Shown here one piece after another: positions 25,677-34,996 of a stretch of 36,970 nucleotides of DNA. Both the position numbers and the translations under genes were made by a program. Source of the DNA: Candidatus Woesearchaeota archaeon (GTDB lineage Archaea > Nanobdellota > Nanobdellia > Woesearchaeales > UBA10107). Below the pieces are notes generated by a model. The model worked only from the letters and a program-made list of their open reading frames with translations. It searched no databases and was not told the DNA's origin. Each line of letters starts with the position of its first letter. Within the stretch, counting starts at the first letter, position 1. The stretch spans positions 1-36,970 of the forward strand of contig JAFGRQ010000017.1 of the NCBI GenBank assembly GCA_016935155.1, given 5' to 3'.

Positions 25677-26498
25677 CTAAACCAATGTTAAAATAAACTC
25701 TTTTAAAAATATCAAAGCAACATAAGCAATCAGGAATGCAGGCAAGAATGGAATTCCTAGTTTAATCTGAATTTTACCTCTGTAATTCTTCAAGGCGTTT
25801 ATTTGTTTCATGGTTATTCCGTGATATTTTGGAGATGCGATTAGCTTGCCTTTCATTCTTATTTCATCTATTATCCAGTCTCCTTCTGTTAATTGCGAGG
25901 CCTTTACTTTTTTTATCAAACAGGATTTTTCAACAGATTTAACAAAAATATATGAACTGACTGCAATAAGAAACAGCAGAGCAAGTCCTGACAGAAGAAA
26001 AGCAAAAGCAAATTCAATCGCAGCGAAAGAAAGCAAAGAAATAACTAAAAAAACGGAGGCAAAAACAAAAATAGATTTTGATTTCATGAATTCTTTTCTG
26101 AATGTTCCGGCAAAAATTCTTTTGTTCCTCATTGCGAGATAAACAGACCATATGATTCCGTAAACAGCTCCAACAAAAATGAGCAGAATGAAAAAAACAA
26201 ATGCAGAGCTATTTAATCCGGTTACTGCTCCAATTCCCATTGCCGCACTTACATCTCCTCCTCCCCACTGCGATGATTTGTACATAAGATAAGCAGCACA
26301 AAAGAAAACTGCAAGTCCAAGCAGTCCGTCTAGCAAATAACTGAAGTTTGAGGTGAATATTGAGTTCAAAAGCCGTATTCCAATCGCTCCGGCAAGGAAA
26401 CTGTAGCTAATCCAGTATGGAACTTCGTGTTTTCGAAAATCAGTCACCGAACCGGCAAAAAGGGCAGTTATTGCGAGCAAATTTAAAACAAGGTCCAT
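25677..26498 (-). CDS. Prepilin/prearchaellin peptidase (family A24, PibD/FlaK-like)
   Basis: Catalytic 'SVTDFRKHEVP' and 'WGGGDV'; multi-TM; C-terminal 'LTEGDWI...GIPFLPAF'. Confidence 0.9.
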   Translation of the reverse strand: MDLVLNLLAITALFAGSVTDFRKHEVPYWISYSFLAGAIGIRLLNSIFTSNFSYLLDGLLGLAVFFCAAYLMYKSSQWGGGDVSAAMGIGAVTGLNSSAFVFFILLIFVGAVYGIIWSVYLAMRNKRIFAGTFRKEFMKSKSIFVFASVFLVISLLSFAAIEFAFAFLLSGLALLFLIAVSSYIFVKSVEKSCLIKKVKASQLTEGDWIIDEIRMKGKLIASPKYHGITMKQINALKNYRGKIQIKLGIPFLPAFLIAYVALIFLKEFILTLV

Positions 26499-26552
26499 TG
26501 TGTTCTTAAATCTCCCAAAAAACTATATAAATGTTCTTGTATTGTGAATAAC

Positions 26553-27227
26553 ATGAACACATCTCATATCGCTTTTATTTGCAAGGATTCTGCAGCATGG
26601 GCTTTGAAAAAGAAAAAGAAGCTGTATGAAGGATACAGAGCATCTTTCAAAAAAATAAATGAACTGTTGGGGATGCAGATTAAAAAAAACATACCTATTA
26701 TGACTGTTTTTATTTCTCCAAAAAATCTTGAATTACCAAATGAATATTCCGCTTTGGTGGATGAGTTGGTTGTTTTTATGAATGAATTGGGCGCCGATAA
26801 AACAATACATAATAACAGAGTCAAAATTTCCGTTCTTGGAAAATGGTACGAAATGCCTCCGAGGCTGATTGAATCGATTAAGAAGCTGATTGACCAAACA
26901 AAAGAATATGATGAGTATTTTCTAAATTTATGCATAAATTACGACGGCCAGGAAGAGATTGTCGATGCAGCAAGAATGGTTGCGAGAAGAGTCAAGTTGG
27001 GAAAGATTGACCCGGAGAATATTACGAAGGATGCAATAAAAGATGATTTGTACAGCTCTTATTTCATGCCGCCGGATATAATTTTTGTTTCAGGAAAGAG
27101 GCAATCAACATACGGGTTTCTTCTTTGGGATTCTGTTGACTCGAAGATTGTTTTCATGAACAAGGCATTTTGCGAGATTCCTATCAGATTGATTGAAAAG
27201 CATTTGAAGAAGAAAAAGGCAGAATAA
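26553..27227 (+). CDS. cis-prenyltransferase (UppS-like) homolog with degenerate active site
   Basis: 'HIAFI', 'LNLCINYDGQEEIVDA', 'PPDII...G......GFLLWDS' fit the UppS fold; the DGNRR motif is replaced by KDSAA. Confidence 0.75.
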   Translation: MNTSHIAFICKDSAAWALKKKKKLYEGYRASFKKINELLGMQIKKNIPIMTVFISPKNLELPNEYSALVDELVVFMNELGADKTIHNNRVKISVLGKWYEMPPRLIESIKKLIDQTKEYDEYFLNLCINYDGQEEIVDAARMVARRVKLGKIDPENITKDAIKDDLYSSYFMPPDIIFVSGKRQSTYGFLLWDSVDSKIVFMNKAFCEIPIRLIEKHLKKKKAE

Positions 27228-27230
27228 TTG

Positions 27231-27252
27231 TTATTTTCTATATTGAAAATAA
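27231..27252. repeat. 22-bp near-perfect palindrome (terminator hairpin or operator)
   Basis: TTATTTTC-TATATT-GAAAATAA just after the UppS-like stop and upstream of the RHH pair. Confidence 0.45.
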
Positions 27253-27365
27253 AAAACAAAGAGAAACTCTTATAAATCTTATTAAAAATTATAATTTCTT
27301 AAAAGAGGCCGCATGAAAAACATCAAATCAAAGCTTTGCCTATTCAATGTCGCACAGGGTACCAC

Positions 27366-27515
27366 ATGAAAAAGAAAGTTCCTTTGCCTGTTTCTATCGA
27401 TGAAGAGCTAGCTGAGTGGATAAACCAAGAAGCTGAAAATTCTGAATTTAGAAATCGTTCTCATCTTGTTGAACAGGCAATCAAAGATTTTTTCCTGGAG
27501 GAAAGGAATGACTAA
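27366..27515 (+). CDS. CopG/MetJ/Arc-type ribbon-helix-helix protein, 49 aa
   Basis: Not in the ORF track. MKKKVPLPVSIDEELAEWINQEAENSEFRNRSHLVEQAIKDFFLEERND; 'VSIDEEL...I.........NRS.LV..AI' RHH pattern. Confidence 0.85.
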   Translation: MKKKVPLPVSIDEELAEWINQEAENSEFRNRSHLVEQAIKDFFLEERND

Positions 27516-27693
27516 AAAAATCCCTTTTCCGGTTTCTGTCGATGAAGAAATTGTAGAAAAAATAAACCGGGAAGTTGAAAAGGGAGTCTTCAGAAACCGT
27601 TCTCATCTAGTTGAACAGGCAATCCTGAATTTCAAAAAGAAAAGAGAGCTTGGAACTTTAGCAAAATTCACGGAGGAGAAAGATGAAAAATAA
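27508..27693 (+). CDS. CopG/MetJ/Arc-type ribbon-helix-helix protein, 61 aa (tandem paralog)
   Basis: MTKKIPFPVSVDEEIVEKINREVEKGVFRNRSHLVEQAILNF...; shares FRNRSHLVEQAI exactly with the upstream copy; SD-like GGAGG before ATG 27508. Confidence 0.85.
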   Translation: MTKKIPFPVSVDEEIVEKINREVEKGVFRNRSHLVEQAILNFKKKRELGTLAKFTEEKDEK

Positions 27694-30600
27694 GTCCTCC
27701 ATAAAATATATGTTCGCTCTTGCTCTCCTTCTGGCTTCTTTCAGCTTCGCTTTGTTTTCAATACAGCCGGGAGATAATTTTATGGCAATTACTGGATTGA
27801 CCACAATATCCGGCGGCGGCGGAAATCTTTCAACTTTAATAATATATGATGATTTGGATTTGAGCGGAAGCGACGGAACTCTGATTCAAAACTATGTATT
27901 TTATGCAAATTACTCGAACACAACAGACTCTGTAAATATAACTGGAGCAACATGCGACATAAATTTCACGGACTTGAGTGGCGCAATGACTTACAACACA
28001 ACATCTACATTTTATGAATTTGTGAGGAATTTCAGTTCGTCAGGGCAAAAGCATTACAATATCTCCTGTTATGCATCAACATTTGAACAGTTAAATGCAA
28101 CGGACAGCATAAACGTTACAAACTTCGCCAACTGCGACAGCTGTGATTCGTGTTCGAGAGCAGCGCAAATTGGAAATTTAACAGTCAATTTAACACAGTC
28201 TATTAATACGACGGTGAGCTGCATAAATCTCAGCGATTCGGACAATATCGTGATTGACTGCAATAGTTTTTTGATAAATTCAACGGCAGCGGCCGCTTCA
28301 GATGTTTCGCTGATTTCGGGAGGAAGCGTTGATTATCCTCTTGACATGAACGACCGCATTTCTGTTAAAAACTGCAATCTCTCGGGAACCGCAGGCAGTG
28401 CAATCAAATTGAACGGAACGGCCTTCTTTGCGGCCAATTTGAACTTAGAAAACATAGATACAGGCAGCGGATCAGCAGTCAATATTCACGGCGGAAATGA
28501 TTCTTGTATAGTGAATAGTTCCTTCATTAATTTGGATAATATTGCTGTTTATTTGTATGGCAACAGCAGAAGCAATTTCACGCTGGACAGCTGTTTTTTC
28601 GATACAAATACATACGGATTTTTAATTGATGGGGGAATTGTCAACGAAATCAAAATAACTAATAATATTTTTTCGAATTCAGCAACTTCAGCAGTGCTAA
28701 TGCAGGTGTTAGCTCCATTTACCGCAGCAGGATTGCTATTTTCAAACAATACAATAACGAACGTGTCTACTGATCATGGTGTATTTACAAACGCCATAAC
28801 TAATATCAACATAAGTGATAATTGCTTCATTAATGTTAGCGGCAAAGGAATTTATGTTATTGCCTCTCAAAACGGAACAATCTCAAACAACATCGTAGAT
28901 TTGTGCGGGACAGGAATTGATTTGACAACGTCAGGCAACATGACAATATCAAACAACAGCTTGACAAATTCAACAACAGCAATAATGATAACCGCCTCAG
29001 GAAATAGCACAATAACGCGGAATTCTATTTTGAGTTCCGAATACGGAATTGATGTCGGGGGAGGTTCGTTTTTTGATATCATTACTCAAAATTATGTTTC
29101 CGGCATCTCAGGGCAGGCTGATTCAGCGGCAATAAATCTGCAGAATGGCGCAGGCAATACATCTGTTATCAATGGAAACCTTCTTTTCAATTCAACTTAC
29201 GGAATTAGAATAGGTTCCGTAAGCGGGTTGATAATTGCAAACAACACGATAGAAAATAATTCTTTTGACATATTAAGTTCAACACAAATTAGCTACTCTT
29301 TCGAGAAAGGAAACAATTCTGTTGATTTTCCATCCATTTTGAATGTGAGCAACAGCCAGCAGAACATTTTCTTAAATGACAGCATAATCTCAATTAATGC
29401 ATCTCTCGAGTTAAGCCTAAACAGGTCAGCAAATGTAACTCTTGTGCTACCTTATGGAACATGTCCTGCAAAGATTTACTATTATGGTTCATTTACGACA
29501 AACCGTTCATTAATTGTTGACGACGGCCAGCTTTGCACAGCATCAACAAATCCCGCATGCACTAACATGGTTTGTTCCGGCAATTTAATTTCATTTACTG
29601 TGGCTCATTTCGATGGTTATGCAGTCGGATTCGGAACTGCTCCGGAAGTAAACAATGTGATATTGAATTCAACATATTCTACAAACTTCACAACAGAAAA
29701 TCTGACTGCTTACTGGAATTCAACAGATCCTGAAAATGACACGGTTGTGAACATAACTGACTGGAGAATTGACGGTGTGTCTTATGCAAGACTTAATCTT
29801 CCTTTCGAAGGAGGGAGCAATTCTACATACACAAAAGATTATTCCTCATACAATGCAGATGTATTTGTAGTTAATGCTACTTGGAATTATACGGGAGGAC
29901 ACGATGGTTATGGAGCATATGATTTCAACGGAAACCGCAGCTATATCTACACTCCCCTGAATGCAAGTGATTTCAACAGAAGCATGGCAGTTAGTCTGTG
30001 GTTAAAAACAGAAAGCAACGGCAGTGTGATGGGTTTCTCTGACGGCATACCTTTTGGAGGAAATTATGATAAGGAAATAACTGTGATGGGAGACGGAAGC
30101 ATAGATTTCCGCTTATATCCCAACGACCCATATATCGGTGCAGCTACAACGGGAGTAGATGTAATGGATGGACTTTGGCATCACTTGGCTGTCATCAGAA
30201 GTTTCGATGAAGGAACTTTCATTTATGTTGACGGCGTTTTGAGGGCATCAACAACAAGTATAGAAAATGAAAGCCAAGGATATGAAGGATATTTAACAGT
30301 AGGAATCAACACGCAGCACAAAATATACTTCAACGGAACAATTGATAACTTTTTGATTTTCAATAAATCTATTTCATCGCAGGAAGTTTTGCTTCTTAAT
30401 GTATCAAGAACAGATACGCTTTCAAAATACGAGACACTAACAGGAGAAAACTGGTCTGTCTGCGTAACTCCCAATGACGGAACTTTCGACGGCACAACAG
30501 TCTGTTCAAACAATATTTCAATAAGAAACAAAGCAGAATTTATTTCTGTTTATCCAAATCAGACGAATGAATGGCAGAACATAACCGCCGACGATACTAA

Positions 30601-33600
30601 CATAACTTTGACAATAAATTCAACTTCCTCTCAAAACACAACATTCAATGTTACAATTACTGCAGACAGCGCAACATTCACGTTCAGCTGGTTTGTAAAT
30701 GGGATTTTAGAATTTGTTGATGTGGTAGTCAATGGATTCATAAGCATGTTCAGCAGGATATTCCTGGCAACAGACATGACTAATGTGACGGTTGTTGTAA
30801 ATTCAACAGAAGCGGGCGTAAATGACACATTTACATTCCATGTGAACGTAACTTGTTTAATTCCTTCAGCAGACGGATTTACATTGAATGAAGATGGAAT
30901 AACTTTGTGTCCAGGAAACTATACCATAAATGGAAGTATAATAATCAACACAAGCAATGTTTATCTGAGCTGCGACGGGTCGACTTTAACAGGGAATGCA
31001 ACAAACCAAGCATTCAAGCAGGTCAGTCTTCACAGCATAAGCAACATAACAATCAGAGACTGCATTTTCAAAAATTTCAACGGAGCAATATATTTGATGA
31101 ATGTAAGCACAGCGTATTTCCTGAATAATTCCTTCCACAACAACACATACGGAATTTTCGTAAGCTCTTCAATAAATGCAACAATTTCAAACAACACATT
31201 TTACAGCGGACTTTATGGGATTGTGAATGATGTTGAAGGAGACAAGAACACAATTTCGTACAATAACTTCTACAATCAAACTGGTGAAGCAATTTCCATA
31301 ATCCAAAAAGGACCGACAATAGAGTATAATGTATTTGATGGATGTACGCTCGGAATTGGGCTGGAATTCAATCCGTACGGCGGAGGAAATGCAAACAGGA
31401 ATTTAATCGGCTCCAACATAATTAAAAACAATTCGATAGGCATACGTGCAAGAGCTTCTTACCATAACCAATTCACCGATTTGAATATTTCATATACGCG
31501 CCAGGCATTCTTGTTCAGCGATGTTCCTTCATTTGGAGCGGTAAACGTAAATAACTCAATAATAAATCCTCTTTTCCTCGGCAACACTCACGACGTAGTT
31601 TTCAATTACGATGCAAACGAGAGCGACAATAACACTCTTTTCATAAATGACACTCTGGCAAATTCAGTTACATTTTTCTTGGTTGGAAACATAACAAACC
31701 TAACAAACAATTACTTCCTAAATTCAAGCATAATTGCTGTAAACACAACAGGGGAGCCAAATCTAAATACGAATGCAACGGTCTCATTTGCGGTGCCTTC
31801 ATGCAGTGTCGAGCTGTTCAGAAACACAGGATATTATGAGGAAATTTCAGGTGCGGAAAGCGAAGCATCTCAGTGCACTTCATGTGAGAATATTGTCTGT
31901 GCAAATAGCATAATGAATTTCACAACACCATCGTTTTCCACAATATTCGCAGCATCCATTCCAAACATAACGGAAATATTTCCAAATTCAACTAACGGAA
32001 CACCCCCTGTATTGGGAGAGGATACAAATGTTTCCATCGTTGTAGAAACGGGAACAAATATCACATATAATGTAACCGCGCTTGATTATGATTCAGCCAC
32101 GCTGACATTCTCGTGGTTTGTTGACGGCGTTGAGGCACTTGTCGAGGCGGTGGTGGGTGTTCTGAACACTTTTGTCAGCATATTCAACAAGATTTTTTCA
32201 GACATAGCGTATCACAACATTACATTAGTGATAAATGATTCAGCAAGGCAGGACAATTTCACATTTTATGTGCTGTCCAACGATACAATTTCTCCTTTAT
32301 TCAATGAGTCCCTGAGCAACATAACTGCAGAAGTCGGGGAGGCAATTGCATATGATGTTAATGCATCGGATTTATTCTTTGATAAATATTCGGTAAATGA
32401 CACAACAAGATTCAAAATAAATTCGAGCACAGGACTGCTTGAAAATGCAACGTTTGTTTCCTACGGATGGTATGAAATAAATATTTCCGTTAATGATACA
32501 AATAACAATGTTAATTCATCAGTAATTTGGGTCTTTGTCAACGATACAATTCCTCCGTCATTCAACGAAACTCTCAGCAACATAAGCACATATGCAGGAT
32601 ATTCTGTCTATTACTGGATTAATGCATCTGATTTGTCCGGGGTTGATGCATATTACATAAATGACACAGTCAGATTTAAAATAAACAGGAGTACAGGTAT
32701 CATGGAAAACATTACCTCTCTGACCGCAGGAACCTTTGCAGTAAACATAACGGTCAATGATACTCTTGGAAACATAAATTATTCTGCAATAACCGTTTTT
32801 GTCTCTGATATTCCGACAACGCCAGCAACCGAAACTGGAGGAAGATCTACCCATTCAGGAATTTTCTATACTCCTCCTGCTGAAGAAACAGAACCGGTAC
32901 TGGAGGTTCCTTCTGCATCCGTTTCGTCAATAACCGCGGAAAACATAAATCTTAATCCCTTCGCATGCACGGAAGTAGCAGGGGTAAGTCAGACAACCAG
33001 TTCAATTAAACCAGGAACTTCAATTTCAAATTTAATTTTGAAGCCAGGATATGAAGTTCTCGTTTCTCCTTTCAAGGTTGAATGTACCGATTCAAGTTTC
33101 AAAATAAGTCTGTCTCTGCCGGATTCATACACAAACATAACTGCATTAAGATGCAGAGGAAACGACTGCAGTGCAGTATCATTAAAAGAGATTTTCAATT
33201 TGGAATGCGGAGAAGACATATTCGAAAACATTGAAAGGACATCATCTGTGCTGTCTCCAGAATTTTTCCCTCTTCCATTAGAAAGAGTTGAATCAAAACC
33301 AGGAACCGCAGAAGTTTCTTCAAGCAGAACAAGATTGGTTTTCTCCGGAATAATAGACGGAAAACTAGCCATTGACAAAGTGTTTGGAGATGTTCCTGAA
33401 GCACAAAATCCAAAAATAAAGATTGTCAGCACGCCTACACAAATATTATTTGATTCATTGAATCAAAAGCCAATGAACATAACCCTTCCATATTTGTTCG
33501 AGGAAAAAGTAGATGAATACAGCATTGCGCTTTACGCATTGAAAAATAACGAGTGGAATTATATCGGAGGAACGGTCAACGCAGGTTCCAAAACAGTTAC

Positions 33601-34975
33601 TGCCGAAATAAGAAATGTTTCAGAATTCGCAGAGAACAAGATTTTGACTGTTGCCGCAATGGGACTTGTGTGTTTGAACTGCTACGACGGAAAATTAACA
33701 AAAGTTTATGACGGAACTTCAAGAGATGCCGTATTGCTTATACACGGATTTGAAAATTCACCAGAGCGATTTGAAGAAATGATTAATGAAATGAAATTAA
33801 CAAATCAGCCATGGCAGGTTTGGACTTATGGATATCCTTCAAGCAAAACAATCGAAGAGAATGCAAAAGAACTGGCAGATTTGCTTCAGGCAAAATCGGG
33901 AGAATTCGATTACATTCATGCTGTTGGTCACAGCATGGGTGGAATGATTGCGCAGGAGGTTCTTGCTTATGCAGAGGCGCAGAATAAAGGAAAGACGCAA
34001 AGACCTTATACTTTTGTTGATAAATTTGCAAAAGTAATTGCTGTTGCATCTCCAAACGAAGGCACAATTACAAGCAATGCAAAAGAGTACTTCAATAAAT
34101 TCCTAAATGAAAAAATAGGCTTCCTGTTCAACTTGAACAGCAAAGTATTGGCTGAACTTCTAAAAGGAAAGCAAATTTCCAGAGCTGAGAATGTTGAATA
34201 TCTTGCCGTTGCCGGAACTATGCCTTATGATTTCACGAAATTCTTTGCAGAAGATACAGTGAGTGACGGGCTGGTTTCGCTGGAGAGCGCACAAAATATC
34301 GGCGGAGTTTCAGTGGATGATTATTGCGAGGACTTCTGGAGTCTGAATACGACACACTTCGATCTTCTTAATAATTTTGATTCAAGAAAGATAATCGAGA
34401 GAATAATTTCAAAAGAGGTTTCAGAATCAGCCGGCGGAAAAGGATTGATAGGTTATAACCAGTATTTCGAACTTGCAGTTGACTTATGCAGTCCGAATGA
34501 CCAGTACATAATAATCGGAGAAAAACTTAACAAGGACAGGCAGCCAAATCCTGGATTGTGCAACTGCGGAAACGGTGTCTGCGGAGTCGACGAAGATGAA
34601 TTTAATTGTCCTGTTGACTGTGCAAGAATTGAGATGCCGAAGGAGACTTGGTGGCAGATTCTTTTGAGATTTGCACCAATCAGAAATATGTTGATTGTGC
34701 TGCTATTGATTTTAACTGCTATTGCGGTGCTGTCAAGGAAGCACAGAAAATACACAGCAATGTTTTCTCTCGATGAGATGAAAATGAAAGAGGCATGGCT
34801 GAATGAAAGGATTGTGCACATAAGATATCACTTGAAAATGAATGAACTGGATGAGGCCGCTGCGGAGTACAGCAAATTCGTGGAAGAATACAACTCTTCG
34901 CCTGCCTTGCTAAAGGAAAAGTTCAAGGAGGACGCTCGAAAAACAAGAAACTGGGTGGAGAGCAAAATAAGATGA
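27683..34975 (+). CDS. Giant membrane-anchored surface protein (right-handed beta-helix/NosD-like regions, LamG, Ig/cadherin-like repeats, alpha/beta hydrolase, Cys-rich motif, C-terminal TM)
   Basis: Signal peptide; 'GI.l....N.TI.NN' beta-helix repeats; LamG 'WHHLAV...FNGTIDNFLIFNKS'; 'LLIHGF', 'GHSMGG', 'SPNEG', 'DGLV', 'THF'; 'CGNGVC...E....CPVDC'; TM 'MLIVLLLILTAIAVL'. Confidence 0.85.
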   Translation: MKNKSSIKYMFALALLLASFSFALFSIQPGDNFMAITGLTTISGGGGNLSTLIIYDDLDLSGSDGTLIQNYVFYANYSNTTDSVNITGATCDINFTDLSGAMTYNTTSTFYEFVRNFSSSGQKHYNISCYASTFEQLNATDSINVTNFANCDSCDSCSRAAQIGNLTVNLTQSINTTVSCINLSDSDNIVIDCNSFLINSTAAAASDVSLISGGSVDYPLDMNDRISVKNCNLSGTAGSAIKLNGTAFFAANLNLENIDTGSGSAVNIHGGNDSCIVNSSFINLDNIAVYLYGNSRSNFTLDSCFFDTNTYGFLIDGGIVNEIKITNNIFSNSATSAVLMQVLAPFTAAGLLFSNNTITNVSTDHGVFTNAITNINISDNCFINVSGKGIYVIASQNGTISNNIVDLCGTGIDLTTSGNMTISNNSLTNSTTAIMITASGNSTITRNSILSSEYGIDVGGGSFFDIITQNYVSGISGQADSAAINLQNGAGNTSVINGNLLFNSTYGIRIGSVSGLIIANNTIENNSFDILSSTQISYSFEKGNNSVDFPSILNVSNSQQNIFLNDSIISINASLELSLNRSANVTLVLPYGTCPAKIYYYGSFTTNRSLIVDDGQLCTASTNPACTNMVCSGNLISFTVAHFDGYAVGFGTAPEVNNVILNSTYSTNFTTENLTAYWNSTDPENDTVVNITDWRIDGVSYARLNLPFEGGSNSTYTKDYSSYNADVFVVNATWNYTGGHDGYGAYDFNGNRSYIYTPLNASDFNRSMAVSLWLKTESNGSVMGFSDGIPFGGNYDKEITVMGDGSIDFRLYPNDPYIGAATTGVDVMDGLWHHLAVIRSFDEGTFIYVDGVLRASTTSIENESQGYEGYLTVGINTQHKIYFNGTIDNFLIFNKSISSQEVLLLNVSRTDTLSKYETLTGENWSVCVTPNDGTFDGTTVCSNNISIRNKAEFISVYPNQTNEWQNITADDTNITLTINSTSSQNTTFNVTITADSATFTFSWFVNGILEFVDVVVNGFISMFSRIFLATDMTNVTVVVNSTEAGVNDTFTFHVNVTCLIPSADGFTLNEDGITLCPGNYTINGSIIINTSNVYLSCDGSTLTGNATNQAFKQVSLHSISNITIRDCIFKNFNGAIYLMNVSTAYFLNNSFHNNTYGIFVSSSINATISNNTFYSGLYGIVNDVEGDKNTISYNNFYNQTGEAISIIQKGPTIEYNVFDGCTLGIGLEFNPYGGGNANRNLIGSNIIKNNSIGIRARASYHNQFTDLNISYTRQAFLFSDVPSFGAVNVNNSIINPLFLGNTHDVVFNYDANESDNNTLFINDTLANSVTFFLVGNITNLTNNYFLNSSIIAVNTTGEPNLNTNATVSFAVPSCSVELFRNTGYYEEISGAESEASQCTSCENIVCANSIMNFTTPSFSTIFAASIPNITEIFPNSTNGTPPVLGEDTNVSIVVETGTNITYNVTALDYDSATLTFSWFVDGVEALVEAVVGVLNTFVSIFNKIFSDIAYHNITLVINDSARQDNFTFYVLSNDTISPLFNESLSNITAEVGEAIAYDVNASDLFFDKYSVNDTTRFKINSSTGLLENATFVSYGWYEINISVNDTNNNVNSSVIWVFVNDTIPPSFNETLSNISTYAGYSVYYWINASDLSGVDAYYINDTVRFKINRSTGIMENITSLTAGTFAVNITVNDTLGNINYSAITVFVSDIPTTPATETGGRSTHSGIFYTPPAEETEPVLEVPSASVSSITAENINLNPFACTEVAGVSQTTSSIKPGTSISNLILKPGYEVLVSPFKVECTDSSFKISLSLPDSYTNITALRCRGNDCSAVSLKEIFNLECGEDIFENIERTSSVLSPEFFPLPLERVESKPGTAEVSSSRTRLVFSGIIDGKLAIDKVFGDVPEAQNPKIKIVSTPTQILFDSLNQKPMNITLPYLFEEKVDEYSIALYALKNNEWNYIGGTVNAGSKTVTAEIRNVSEFAENKILTVAAMGLVCLNCYDGKLTKVYDGTSRDAVLLIHGFENSPERFEEMINEMKLTNQPWQVWTYGYPSSKTIEENAKELADLLQAKSGEFDYIHAVGHSMGGMIAQEVLAYAEAQNKGKTQRPYTFVDKFAKVIAVASPNEGTITSNAKEYFNKFLNEKIGFLFNLNSKVLAELLKGKQISRAENVEYLAVAGTMPYDFTKFFAEDTVSDGLVSLESAQNIGGVSVDDYCEDFWSLNTTHFDLLNNFDSRKIIERIISKEVSESAGGKGLIGYNQYFELAVDLCSPNDQYIIIGEKLNKDRQPNPGLCNCGNGVCGVDEDEFNCPVDCARIEMPKETWWQILLRFAPIRNMLIVLLLILTAIAVLSRKHRKYTAMFSLDEMKMKEAWLNERIVHIRYHLKMNELDEAAAEYSKFVEEYNSSPALLKEKFKEDARKTRNWVESKIR

Positions 34976-34996
34976 ACAAAGAAGGAGGAAAATAAA

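Noticed and set aside
27466-27507. TTG start extension of the second RHH gene
   Set aside because: It overlaps the first RHH gene in another frame; paralog alignment and the SD support ATG 27508.
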